Shown: positions 44,042 to 56,193 of the stretch, one piece after another
Position numbering within the stretch: position 1 is the first letter of the stretch
How the letters are laid out: every line of letters starts with the position of its first letter
Assembly: GCA_964016885.1 (NCBI GenBank)
Contig: OZ024743.1
Span: forward strand, 366,730,001-366,794,000
Length of the DNA: 64,000 bases
Reading direction: 5' to 3'
From: Eledone cirrhosa
Taxonomy: Eukaryota
Translations under genes and position numbers: made by a program
The notes under the pieces: model-generated
Databases searched by the model: none
What the model saw: the letters and a program-made list of their open reading frames with translations, nothing else
What the model was told of the DNA's origin: nothing

Positions 44042-47000
44042 AGCTGGAAGGTTATGAATGTTTACCAGCGAGTAACAAAAAGCAAAACTGCAAGATTTGT
44101 TCTGTTCAATACAGAAAGGAAAGGATTTTGTTGTTTTTTTGTTTTTTTGTTTGAGAATACGATAGAATTAGGGAATTGGAGGATAAGCTGGAAGGTTATG
44201 AATGTTTACCAGCGAGTAACAAAAAGCAAAACTGCAAGATTTGTTCTGTTCAATACAGGAAGGAAAGGATTTTGTTGTTTTTTTGTTTTTTTGTTTGAGA
44301 ATACGATAGAATTAGGGAATTGGAGGATAAGCTGGAAGGTTATGAATGTTTACCAGCGAGTAACAAAAAGCAAAACTGCAAGATTTGTTCTGTTCAATAC
44401 AGAAAGGAAAGGATTTTGTTGTTTTTTTGTTTTTTTGTTTGAGAATACGATAGAATTAGGGAATTGGAGGATAAGCTGGAAGGTTATGAATGTTTACCAG
44501 CGAGTAACAAAAAGCAAAACTGCAAGATTTGTTCTGTTCAATACAGAAAGGAAAGGATTTTGTTGTTTTTTTGTTTTTTTGTTTGAGAATACGATAGAAT
44601 TAGGGAATTGGAGGATAAGCTGGAAGGTTATGAATGTTTACCAGCGAGTAACAAAAAGCAAAACTGCAAGATTTGTTCTGTTCAATACAGAAAGGAAAGG
44701 ATTTTGTTGTTTTTTTGTTTTTTTGTTTGAGAATACGATAGAATTAGGGAATTGGAGGATAAGCTGGAAGGTTATGAATGTTTACCAGCGAGTAACAAAA
44801 AGCAAAACTGCAAGATTTGTTCTGTTCAATACAGAAAGGAAAGGATTTTGTTGTTTTTTTGTTTTTTTGTTTTTTTGTTTGAGAATACGATAGAATTAGG
44901 GAATTGGAGGATAAGCTGGAAGGTTATGAATGTTTACCAGCGAGTAACAAAAAGCAAAACTGCAAGATTTGTTCTGTTCAATACAGAAAGGAAAGGATTT
45001 TGTTGTTTTTTTGTTTTTTTGTTTGAGAATACGATAGAATTAGGGAATTGGAGGATAAGCTGGAAGGTTATGAATGTTTACCAGCGAGTAACAAAAAGCA
45101 AAACTGCAAGATTTGTTCTGTTCAATACGACAAAAACACCGTATTTAAACCTTAATAAATAACAAAAAATACAGATTTCGGATTTTGCGGGATTGGATGT
45201 TTGTACGAAATTGTGGTGTGTGGAGGAGATAGGAAAAACGTGAACGTTACGATTACATGGTTACACCGTAGTAGGGGTAGTTGAAGCAGCAATTGTTTGG
45301 CGAAAGTGAATAAACATGAACGGGAATTTATCTTATATATATATGTGTGTGTGTGTGTGTGTAGCTAAGAGAGAGAGAGAGAGAGTGGGAAGGGGGAGAG
45401 AGAGAGAGAGAGAGTGGCTGACCGCAACCCCTCGTGAAGAAAATGGTGGGTGAGGGGTGTATGAGCGGGATTTTTGACTTTCGAGGTAGCATGATATATA
45501 TATTTAAAGTAAATTATAAGAAGTAGAATGGAAAGGATTTTGTTGTTTTTTTTGTTTTTTTGTTTGAGAATACGATAGAATTAGGGAATTGGAGGATAAG
45601 CTGGAAGGTTATGAATGTTTACCAGCGAGTAACAAAAAGCAAAACTGCAAGATTTGTTCTGTTCAATACAGAAAGGAAAGGATTTTGTTGTTTTTTTGTT
45701 TTTTTGTTTGAGAATACGATAGAATTAGGGAATTGGAGGATAAGCTGGAAGGTTATGAATGTTTACCAGCGAGTAACAAAAAGCAAAACTGCAAGATTTG
45801 TTCTGTTCAATACGACAAAAACACCGTATTTAAACCTTAATAAATAACAAAAAATACAGATTTCGGATTTTGCGGGATTGGATGTTTGTACGAAATTGTG
45901 GTGTGTGGAGGAGATAGGAAAAACGTGAACGTTACGATTACATGGTTACACCGTAGTAGGGGTAGTTGAAGCAGCAATTGTTTGGCGAAAGTGAATAAAC
46001 ATGGACGGGAATTTATCTTATATATATATGTGTGTGTGTGTGTGTGTAGCTAAGAGAGAGAGAGAGAGAGTGGGAAGGGGGAGAGAGAGAGAGAGAGAGT
46101 GGCTGACCGCAACCCCTCGTGAAGAAAATGGTGGGTGAGGGGTGTATGAGCGGGATTTTTGACTTTCGAGGTAGCATGATATATATATTTAAAGTAAATT
46201 ATAAGAAGTAGAATGGAAAGGATTTTGTTGTTTTTTTTGTTTTTTTGTTTGAGAATACGATAGAATTAGGGAATTGGAGGATAAGCTGGAAGGTTATGAA
46301 TGTTTACCAGCGAGTAACAAAAAGCAAAACTGCAAGATTTGTTCTGTTCAATACAGAAAGGAAAGGATTTTGTTGTTTTTTTGTTTTTTTGTTTGAGAAT
46401 ACGATAGAATTAGGGAATTGGAGGATAAGCTGGAAGGTTATGAATGTTTACCAGCGAGTAACAAAAAGCAAAACTGCAAGATTTGTTCTGTTCAATACAG
46501 AAAGGAAAGGATTTTGTTGTTTTTTTTGTTTTTTTTGTTTGAGAATACGATAGAATTAGGGAATTGGAGGATAAGCTGGAAGGTTATGAATGTTTACCAG
46601 CGAGTAACAAAAAGCAAAACTGCAAGATTTGTTCTGTTCAATACAGAAAGGAAAGGATTTTGTTGTTTTTTTTTGTTTTTTTGTTTGAGAATACGATAGA
46701 ATTAGGGAATTGGAGGATAAGCTGGAAGGTTATGAATGTTTACCAGCGAGTAACAAAAAGCAAAACTGCAAGATTTGTTCTGTTCAATACAGAAAGGAAA
46801 GGATTTTGTTGTTTTTTTGTTTTTTTGTTTGAGAATACGATAGAATTAGGGAATTGGAGGATAAGCTGGAAGGTTATGAATGTTTACCAGCGAGTAACAA
46901 AAAGCAAAACTGCAAGATTTGTTCTGTTCAATACAGAAAGGAAAGGATTTTGTTGTTTTTTTGTTTTTTTGTTTGAGAATACGATAGAATTAGGGAATTG

Positions 47001-50000
47001 GAGGATAAGCTGGAAGGTTATGAATGTTTACCAGCGAGTAACAAAAAGCAAAACTGCAAGATTTGTTCTGTTCAATACGACAAAAACACCGTATTTAAAC
47101 CTTAATAAATAACAAAAAATACAGATTTCGGATTTTGCGGGATTGGATGTTTGTACGAAATTGTGGTGTGTGGAGGAGATAGGAAAAACGTGAACGTTAC
47201 GATTACATGGTTACACCGTAGTAGGGGTAGTTGAAGCAGCAATTGTTTGGCGAAAGTGAATAAACATGAACGGGAATTTATCTTATATATATATGTGTGT
47301 GTGTGTGTGTGTAGCTAAGAGAGAGAGAGAGAGAGTGGGAAGGGGGAGAGAGAGAGAGAGAGAGTGGCTGACCGCAACCCCTCGTGAAGAAAATGGTGGG
47401 TGAGGGGTGTATGAGCGGGATTTTTGACTTTCGAGGTAGCATGATATATATATTTAAAGTAAATTATAAGAAGTAGAATGGAAAGGATTTTGTTGTTTTT
47501 TTTGTTTTTTTGTTTGAGAATACGATAGAATTAGGGAATTGGAGGATAAGCTGGAAGGTTATGAATGTTTACCAGCGAGTAACAAAAAGCAAAACTGCAA
47601 GATTTGTTCTGTTCAATACAGAAAGGAAAGGATTTTGTTGTTTTTTTGTTTTTTTGTTTGAGAATACGATAGAATTAGGGAATTGGAGGATAAGCTGGAA
47701 GGTTATGAATGTTTACCAGCGAGTAACAAAAAGCAAAACTGCAAGATTTGTTCTGTTCAATACGACAAAAACACCGTATTTAAACCTTAATAAATAACAA
47801 AAAATACAGATTTCGGATTTTGCGGGATTGGATGTTTGTACGAAATTGTGGTGTGTGGAGGAGATAGGAAAAACGTGAACGTTACGATTACATGGTTACA
47901 CCGTAGTAGGGGTAGTTGAAGCAGCAATTGTTTGGCGAAAGTGAATAAACATGAACGGGAATTTATCTTATATATATATGTGTGTGTGTGTGTGTGTAGC
48001 TAAGAGAGAGAGAGAGAGAGTGGGAAGGGGGAGAGAGAGAGAGAGAGAGTGGCTGACCGCAACCCCTCGTGAAGAAAATGGTGGGTGAGGGGTGTATGAG
48101 CGGGATTTTTGACTTTCGAGGTAGCATGATATATATATTTAAAGTAAATTATAAGAAGTAGAATGGAAAGGATTTTGTTGTTTTTTTTGTTTTTTTGTTT
48201 GAGAATACGATAGAATTAGGGAATTGGAGGATAAGCTGGAAGGTTATGAATGTTTACCAGCGAGTAACAAAAAGCAAAACTGCAAGATTTGTTCTGTTCA
48301 ATACAGAAAGGAAAGGATTTTGTTGTTTTTTTGTTTTTTTGTTTGAGAATACGATAGAATTAGGGAATTGGAGGATAAGCTGGAAGGTTATGAATGTTTA
48401 CCAGCGAGTAACAAAAAGCAAAACTGCAAGATTTGTTCTGTTCAATACGACAAAAACACCGTATTTAAACCTTAATAAATAACAAAAAATACAGATTTCG
48501 GATTTTGCGGGATTGGATGTTTGTACGAAATTGTGGTGTGTGGAGGAGATAGGAAAAACGTGAACGTTACGATTACATGGTTACACCGTAGTAGGGGTAG
48601 TTGAAGCAGCAATTGTTTGGCGAAAGTGAATAAACATGAACGGGAATTTATCTTATATATATATGTGTGTGTGTGTGTGTGTAGCTAAGAGAGAGAGAGA
48701 GAGAGTGGGAAGGGGGAGAGAGAGAGAGAGAGAGTGGCTGACCGCAACCCCTCGTGAAGAAAATGGTGGGTGAGGGGTGTATGAGCGGGATTTTTGACTT
48801 TCGAGGTAGCATGATATATATATTTAAAGTAAATTATAAGAAGTAGAATGGAAAGGATTTTGTTGTTTTTTTTGTTTTTTTGTTTGAGAATACGATAGAA
48901 TTAGGGAATTGGAGGATAAGCTGGAAGGTTATGAATGTTTACCAGCGAGTAACAAAAAGCAAAACTGCAAGATTTGTTCTGTTCAATACGACAAAAACAC
49001 CGTATTTAAACCTTAATAAATAACAAAAAAATACAGATTTCGGATTTTGCGGGATTGGATGTTTGTACGAAATTGTGGTGTGTGGAGGAGATAGGAAAAA
49101 CGTGAACGTTACGATTACATGGTTACACCGTAGTAGGGGTAGTTGAAGCAGCAATTGTTTGGCGAAAGTGAATAAACATGAACGGGAATTTATCTTATAT
49201 ATATATGTGTGTGTGTGTGTGTGTAGCTAAGAGAGAGAGAGAGAGAGTGGGAAGGGGGAGAGAGAGAGAGAGAGAGTGGCTGACCGCAACCCCTCGTGAA
49301 GAAAATGGTGGGTGAGGGGTGTATGAGCGGGATTTTTGACTTTCGAGGTAGCATGATATATATATTTAAAGTAAATTATAAGAAGTAGAATGGAAAGGAT
49401 TTTGTTGTTTTTTTGTTTTTTTGTTTGAGAATACGATAGAATTAGGGAATTGGAGGATAAGCTGGAAGGTTATGAATGTTTACCAGCGAGTAACAAAAAG
49501 CAAAACTGCAAGATTTGTTCTGTTCAATACGACAAAAACACCGTATTTAAACCTTAATAAATAACAAAAAATACAGATTTCGGATTTTGCGGGATTGGAT
49601 GTTTGTACGAAATTGTGGTGTGTGGAGGAGATAGGAAAAACGTGAACGTTACGATTACATGGTTACACCGTAGTAGGGGTAGTTGAAGCAGCAATTGTTT
49701 GGCGAAAGTGAATAAACATGAACGGGAATTTATCTTATATATATATGTGTGTGTGTGTGTGTGTAGCTAAGAGAGAGAGAGAGAGAGTGGGAAGGGGGAG
49801 AGAGAGAGAGAGAGAGTGGCTGACCGCAACCCCTCGTGAAGAAAATGGTGGGTGAGGGGTGTATGAGCGGGATTTTTGACTTTCGAGGTAGCATGATATA
49901 TATATTTAAAGTAAATTATAAGAAGTAGAATGGAAAGGATTTTGTTGTTTTTTTTGTTTTTTTGTTTGAGAATACGATAGAATTAGGGAATTGGAGGATA

Positions 50001-50202
50001 AGCTGGAAGGTTATGAATGTTTACCAGCGAGTAACAAAAAGCAAAACTGCAAGATTTGTTCTGTTCAATACGACAAAAACACCGTATTTAAACCTTAATA
50101 AATAACAAAAAAATACAGATTTCGGATTTTGCGGGATTGGATGTTTGTACGAAATTGTGGTGTGTGGAGGAGGAGGAGGAGATAGGAAAAACGTGAACGT
50201 TA
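44042..50202. repeat. Composite tandem repeat of 144-bp A units and ~397-bp B units, arranged A8-B-A2-B-A6-B-A2-B-A2-B-A-B-A-B-A-(partial B)
   Basis: AGCTGGAAGG recurs at 144-bp spacing (44042, 44186...). B starts (GACAAAAACACC) at 45129, 45814, 47079, 47764, 48449, 48990, 49531, 50072, giving periods of 685 and 541 bp. Confidence 0.95.
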
Positions 50203-50249
50203 TATTTATCTAAAAACTTTCCATCATAATTTTATGTAAGAACCTTTAA

Positions 50250-50465
50250 CCCTTTAACAATTACTCTATATTTACTATTGTATTTTTGTGGTAAAGGCTT
50301 TATCTCACATAATTATCTGACATAATTTAGAATCTATGAGATTTTGATATAATTTATTTTGAGAATATTACCTTAACATCAGTATGAGTGGCCAGCTACG
50401 GTCAGCTTGAACAGAAAGAGGTGAGAGAATTCTGGTTGGATACAACCGTTTTAAAGGCTAAAGGG
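50250..50465. mobile_element. piggyBac-type MITE
   Basis: TTAA|CCCTTTA...TAAAGGG|TTAA; homologous copy at 59996-60199. Confidence 0.75.
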
Positions 50466-50954
50466 TTAAAATATGCTTCAAACACCAACTCAATAATGAG
50501 AAAATTAGTTATATTTACTAAATCCCTTCAAATTCTTGATTATTTTCAAAATGATTTGAAAAGTATAAGCAGTGTCTTTCATTAGAGATACAGTAACAAA
50601 AGTACAGCAACTGACTTATCTCAATGGCATACAGGTGATGCTAATTCTGAACACATCAACCAGTATAACCTATGTCAGAAAGTACAGGGAAAGAAATATG
50701 AAAATAATACTAAAGGTATTTTCTAAATGGCTTAGTAAACTATGTCGCAGATGACTCAAGTAGCAGATTATTTGAGAAATTGTTTTATATAAATAAAATT
50801 CAGTATTGTGTGCATTTCAAGTTTTAGAATAAGTATACCATACTCCTGCATATCATAAAAGTTGTCATGCCATCGACCCTTTTCAGCATGGTTTCTACAG
50901 TGGGATTCCCTACTTATTTCAAGCGGGAATGAAAGGATCTGATTTATGAAATAC

Positions 50955-51121
50955 CTTTTGTGAAGAAGTGTTTGATTGATCGCTGTGATCTCTGAGTACT
51001 TGATGAAACTGGACTGCCCAGTATTGATTGACCATTTAATTCAGAGTTCATGGGCAGTTTTTCAGGTGTTACATAATAATAATAGTAACTGTTGCTTGGA
51101 TTATTTTTTGTTGGTGTCATC
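50955..51121 (-). CDS. RB1: RB1-like exon (167 nt, phase 2 to 1): spacer with TPTK, TPEK and SP CDK sites, then the pocket B start RSIKHFFTK
   Basis: Acceptor tactttcag|G, donor AAAG|gtattt; the ending matches SLSLFYKK|V. Confidence 0.87.
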
Positions 51122-51416
51122 CTGAAAGTAAGATATAAAAAACTCTTTTTATATGTTTCCAAATTTATCACAACAAATAATTTTTTTTTTTTAAATTTAA
51201 ATAAAATCTAACAAATAAAATAAAAAATTTTTTTGAAAGAGTTTGAATTTATTAAGTATTGGAATATTGAAACATAAATAGTTCCACAGTACTAAATTGT
51301 GGCTTAGTTTACAAACTACCAACCAATTCACAGTTGAGCAATTAAAGATGGGCATACAAATAGACACCAATATGGGAGTCTCTGTGACTGCTAGTCCCTT
51401 AAATCACACCCTACAG

Positions 51417-51595
51417 CAGGCATGTCAAACTGAGGGTTCCCGAGAGCCTCATGGGTCACATGTGTTGTCGGAGGGCACAACAACTAATTCTGCACATTAC
51501 AGCTAAATTTAGGAAGATAAAACATGCTTGCGCTGTAAAAACCTTTGTGCAGGCCTCAGGTATGCTTGTAAAGGGCCACATGCTTGACATGCCTG
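51417..51595. mobile_element. hAT (Charlie-like) MITE, 179 bp
   Basis: TIRs CAGGCATGTCAA / TTGACATGCCTG and a perfect 8-bp TSD CCCTACAG (51409-51416, 51596-51603). Confidence 0.9.
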
Positions 51596-51783
51596 CCCTA
51601 CAGTCTTTAATAAAAATAAAAAATTAAAAAAATGGAGGATGAATTAGATAATGTAATCCTAGATGTTCTTATGTTTGAATAAAAGACAGTTTTTTAACGA
51701 TTCAATCACAAACCATTTTTATACAAAAGATCAGGCATTTTGAAATGAAAAGTAAACAAATATTTAATGGCAAGTAGACTTAC

Positions 51784-51866
51784 ATTAGGTTTGTTGCATT
51801 TTCCCCATTTGTTGCTTCTAAGAGGTTTTCAAGCTCCTCATTTGAGATATCAAACACTGAACTGAA
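51784..51866 (-). CDS. RB1: RB1-like exon (83 nt, phase 0 to 2): FSSVFDISNEELENLLEATNGENATNL(M)
   Basis: Acceptor tctgttccag|, donor AAT|gtaagt; split Met codon AT|G as at the human exon 18/19 junction. Confidence 0.85.
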
Positions 51867-51954
51867 CTGGAACAGACAAAACTAAGTTTATACAAATTAC
51901 AAAACTGGACTGAAATACACAAGACTGAATAAATGTTAAGAAAAAAGAACTTAC

Positions 51955-52005
51955 CTCTTTCCGTGCATGGGAATCCAAAATATCATGTTCTGTCTTCTGA
52001 TAATG
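51955..52005 (-). CDS. RB1: Tandem duplicate of the 51-nt RB exon: HYQKTEHDILDSHARKE (alternative exon or pseudo-exon)
   Basis: Same length, intact tctttgtag| and |gtaagt sites, open frame, but five amino-acid changes including Trp to Arg. Confidence 0.5.
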
Positions 52006-52032
52006 CTACAAAGAAGACAGAACAAGGTTTAA

Positions 52033-52037
<5 letters not shown>

Positions 52038-52087
<50 letters not shown>
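52038..52087. repeat. (TA)n microsatellite; others at 53348-53386, (GA)n at 39076-39101, poly-G at 58889-58906
   Basis: Directly visible. Confidence 0.95.
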
Positions 52088-52089
<2 letters not shown>

Positions 52090-52323
52090 TCCTCATAATC
52101 AACATCATCATCACTGTTTCATGTCCATTTTTCCACGCTAGTAAGGGTTAGGCAAGTTGGCCCGTTGTGTAACAAGTCACATTTGATGATGGTTTTGCTC
52201 AAACAGAACTGCCAACACAACCACTTTACAGTGAGGACTGGGTGCCTTTTTCTCATAGCACCAAAACAACCACTAAAATATACACACACAAGACTGACTA
52301 AATGTTAAAAAAAAAGAACTTAC

Positions 52324-52374
52324 CTCTTTCCATGCATAACAATCCAAAATATCATGTTCTATCTTCTGAATATG
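52324..52374 (-). CDS. RB1: RB1-like exon (51 nt, phase 0 to 0): HIQKIEHDILDCYAWKE
   Basis: Acceptor ttttctttgtag|CAT, donor GAG|gtaagt; matches HLERCEHRIMESLAWLS including the invariant Trp. Confidence 0.88.
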
Positions 52375-53135
52375 CTACAAAGAAAACAGAATAAGGTTTC
52401 AACTATATATATATGCATCATCATCATCACCACCATTTAACATCCATTTTTCTACACTAGCATGGGTTGGACGAGTTGTCCCGTTGTGAGACAAGTCAGG
52501 TCAGATGACTGTCTTGCTCATACAGAACTGTTTCTGGCTTGTTTTTTACAGCTGGTTGCCCTTCCTAATGGCAACCACAGTTACAGTAAGGACTGGTCGT
52601 AACACAAAAATGACTCAATCACGACCACATATATATATATATGTGTGTCTGTGCGTGTTCTTCACCACCAACCTTGTCGCTTCAGTCACAAACCCAGGCT
52701 CTGATGCCCATAATTCAGAGAGGAAGATAGTCAAATACTGGAGCCTAACCGACCACTTCTTCTATGTCTTCATTGAGACCTCTGGTGTCCTTGGTCCCCA
52801 CACTTTGTTTTCTTCCATAAAGTCGAAAAGATGGCAGCCCGCTTGAAGAGGGAGTCCCATGAGGTGGAGTGGCTGTTACTGTAGGTGTCTTTAGCCATTC
52901 TTTGTGGTAACGCTTTTGCCGTTTTGTTCATGGGGCACCACACAGACTGGGGTGGAGTGACTGTCTCTGTCCCTTTCTGTCATTGCGTGATCCTTCTTTC
53001 CTTTTTTTTTTGTTCCCTTTAATAGTGTTTTGTTTTTCTTAGATTCTGCCCAATATGTACTTGTACTTTACATTGATTAATAAACTAACTACATAGAGGC
53101 AAGGACAATTCTTACAATAGAGAATAAAAATGTCC

Positions 53136-53344
53136 ATGTCTTGCTCATAAAGAACTGTTTCTGGCTTGGTTTCTATGTGTGGTTACAGTGTGGACTGGGT
53201 GCTTTTTACCGTGCCACCAAAACGCCCATTCTACAGTGTGGACTGGGCACTTTTTGTCATATCATCAACACAACCACCTTATAGTGCGGACTGGGTGCTT
53301 TTTGTTGTGACTCCAAAATGACTACTTTACAGTGTGGACTGGGC

Positions 53345-53347
<3 letters not shown>
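53136..53347 (-). mobile_element. Old RTE 3' UTR remnant with repeated ACAGTGTGGACTGGG motifs
   Basis: Similar to 40303-40460 (GTCTTGCTC.CATA...TTTTTACCGTG); four copies of the motif. Confidence 0.6.
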
Positions 53348-53386
<39 letters not shown>

Positions 53387-53388
<2 letters not shown>

Positions 53389-56193
53389 ATAGATCCGGGG
53401 AACACACAAGCCAGGTAGATTATATCCTTACCAGAAGACGTGACAGAGTGTCTGTTGTAAACACTAAATCCCTCCCCCATGAAGAATGCACCTCCCAACA
53501 TAGACTGATAATTAGCGACCTCATAGTCAGGACGAGACGTACTCGACAGCAGAAGAGGACTATCCTCAGGAGAAAAATATGGAAGCTAAAGGACCCCACA
53601 GCCAGAAATAAATTTCAAAGCATATTACTTGATGCTTTCGACAGTAAGGAAGAACATTTAGAGTCGGACAATATAGAGGGACAGTGGGAATTTCTGAAAG
53701 CAAACCTGCTGTTGGCGACAGACGAAGTCTGTGGCTGGAGCAGGCCTGTAGGCAGGAGGAGAGTAACATGGTGGTGGAACAGTAAGGTGAAGGGGTCAAT
53801 TAAGGCCAAAAAGCAGGCTTGGAAAGTATGGCGGGATGGGGGAAGTAGAGAAGACTATCAAGTGGCCAGGAGGGAAGCTAGGAGACAAGTGTACTTAGCA
53901 AGAAGGGAAGCTGAGGAAAGAAAGTTCAAGCATGTTCTACAACGCGATGACCAAAAACGTGAGGTGTTCAGGATTGCTAGGCAATGCGTCAAGGAAAACC
54001 GTGATATTGTCGGGGAGAAGTGTGTACTTAACGATGATGGCATACTTGCCATCACCGACGCTGATAAGAAGGTAGCTTGGAAGTGTCACTATGAAAGGCT
54101 ACTAAATGAGGAGAATAAATGGGAGAAAGACAGTCTCCCCCATATCGACCCAATAGAGGGACCAGCAGTGTTAGTCGAGGGGAGTATAATAAGTAAGGCA
54201 ATCAAGGATATGAAGACGGGTAAGGCGGCTGGGCCTTCGGAAATAGTTGCTGAGATGCTGAAGGCATCTGGCACGGTGGGACACACCATGGTCACCCGCA
54301 TAGTTAACCAAGTCGTACAGAATGGGGTTGTTCCGAAGGACTGGCATAGCAGCATCATCGTTAACTGTTATAAGGGTAAAGGAGACGCCCTAGATAGGAG
54401 TAACTATAGAGGCATTAAATTAATCGACCAGGTCATGAAGGTCACGGAAAAAGTAATAGCGCAACTAATCAGAGAGAGAGAATTGACCTAGATGAAATGC
54501 AGTTCGGGTTTGTGTCAAGCAAAAGTACCACAGACGCTCTTTTCATAGAACGACAACTACAGGAGAAGTACCTAGCTAAAGGTAAACCCCTCTACTTAGC
54601 TTTTGTCGACTTGGAGAAAGCCTTCGACAGAGTCCCCCGCTCCATTATCTGGTGGGCTCTTAGAAAACTAGGCGTTGACGAATGGCTTGTGAGGGCTATA
54701 CAAGCCATGTATAAAGAAACAGTCAGCAAGGTTAGAATTAACAACGAATATAGTGAAGAGTTTAGCGTAAAAGTTGGCGTCCATCAGGGCTCTGTTCTCA
54801 GCCCCCTACTATTTATTATTGCCCTTCAGGCTATAACAGAGGAGTTCAAGACCGGCTGCCCATGGGAACTCCTATACGCAGACGACCTGACACTCATAGC
54901 GGAATCAATGTCCGAGCTAGAGAAGAAATTCCAAACATGGAAGCACGGCCTAGAGTCAAAAGGACTTAAAATTAACCTGGCTAAGACTAAAGTTCTAGTT
55001 TGTAGGAAAGAAAACAAGGCGGCGGTCCCTTCTGGGAAATGGTCGTGCTCGGTGTGTAGGAAAGGCGTAGGTAGAAACTCCATTTTATGTCCTAAATGCA
55101 AAGTATGGGTGCATAAAAGATGTAGTGGGATCACAGGTAAGCTAACTAAGAACATAGATTTTACATGTGGCCGGTGTTCTGGTGCAATAAGTAGCAGCAA
55201 GTGCCCAAAAAATACTAGTTCTTTCAATTGCACAGAGGGTTCTATAGAAATAGTGGACAGCTTCCGTTACCTGGGCGATAAAATCAGCAGTGGGGGAGGG
55301 TGCTCTGAAAGTACAGTAGCTAGAGTCAGAACTGGTTGGAAAAAGTTCAGAGAGCTTATACCACTATTAGCTGCTAAAGGGTTCTCCCTAAAAATGAAAG
55401 GCAGGTTGTACGATGCCTGCATACGAACAGCAATGTTGCATGGCAGTGAGACCTGGGCATTGTGTGCAGAGGATATACGCAGACTAGAGAGGAACGAAGC
55501 TTGCATGCTCCGCTGGATGTGTAACAGTAATATACGTGAACGGCAAAGCATAAACGAACTAAGGAAAAAATTAGAGATAAGAGGGATCAGATGTTGTTTA
55601 CTCGAGAGAAGGCTACGTTGGTATGGACACGTGATGCGCATGAAAGTCGATAGCTGTATAACAAAGTGCAGGGCAATAAAGATAGACGGTAGCCACGGAA
55701 TAGGCAGACCTAGAAAAACCTGGGACGAGCTGATAAACTCCGACCTCACACACTTACACCTCTCCAAGACAATGTCACTGGACCGAGACCTTTGGCGGTA
55801 CTCAGTAACAGAGAAGACCCGCCTTGCCAGTAGCCATCTCTAACAAAATACATCCCCCCCCCCCCCCCCATCCACACCACCCCGTTCTATGTAAAGTTAT
55901 GTTGGTGCCGCGCCATCCAGGCCGAAACAAATGAGATCGTGTAGGTGTCACGACAAAAAAACACACAGTCCACGCTGTAATGTGGCCGTGTAGGCAACAC
56001 GGTAAAAACCTCCCAGACCCACACTGTAAATGTGGTTGGTGTTAGGAAGGGCATCCAACTGTAGAAAACCTGCCAGACAGTCCTATGCGAGCAAGACAAT
56101 CACTCTTGCCTCAAGTGGGACTACCCCCGTCCAAACCCATGCAAGCGTGGAACACGGACGTTAAACGTTGATGATGATGATGATGATGATGAT
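53387..56193 (+). pseudogene. 5'-truncated, frameshifted copy of the same RTE, inverted relative to the intact copy and inserted in a (TA)n microsatellite
   Basis: Near-identical to the reverse complement of 40210-43023. An extra AG in the (AG)n run at 54471-54480 splits the ORF (53334-54491 and 54497-55843). (GAT)8 tail; (TA)n on both flanks. Confidence 0.95.

Larger units (their letters stand above)
40210..50202 (-). mobile_element. Apparently full-length RTE-clade LINE with a (GAT)n tail; 5' boundary tentatively includes the 6-kb tandem block
   Basis: (ATC)7 at 40210-40230, 3' UTR, one intact ORF, C-rich 5' UTR. Imperfect candidate TSD TGTTTATC (40205) / TATTTATC (50203). Confidence 0.85.
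51915..52600. repeat. ~370-bp tandem duplication carrying the 51-nt exon, a (TA)n tract and an RTE 3' UTR remnant
   Basis: CACAAGACTGA...AAATGTTAA...GAACTTACCTCTTTCC...AAGGTTT.AACTA.ATAT...TCCATTTTTC...CCCGTTGTG...ACAAGTCA present twice at an offset of about 369. Confidence 0.85.

Noticed and set aside
43982-49154. Repetitive ORFs (WKVMNVYQRVTKSKTARF...)
   Set aside because: By-product of the 144-bp unit being a multiple of 3; T-run length changes shift the frame freely.
44042-50202. CRISPR-like repeat-spacer appearance of the A/B block
   Set aside because: The intervening segments are identical rather than unique spacers, the units are too long, there are no cas genes, and the context is eukaryotic.
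50590-50700. Possible extra RB exon after the pyrimidine tract and ACATAG acceptor near 50669
   Set aside because: Immediate stop in the required phase and no RB similarity; the 50955 exon joins 39681 correctly.
53387-55843. ADAR-type A-to-G signature between the two RTE copies
   Set aside because: The differences I compared are mixed (A>G, G>A, C>T and transversions), with no clear directional bias.
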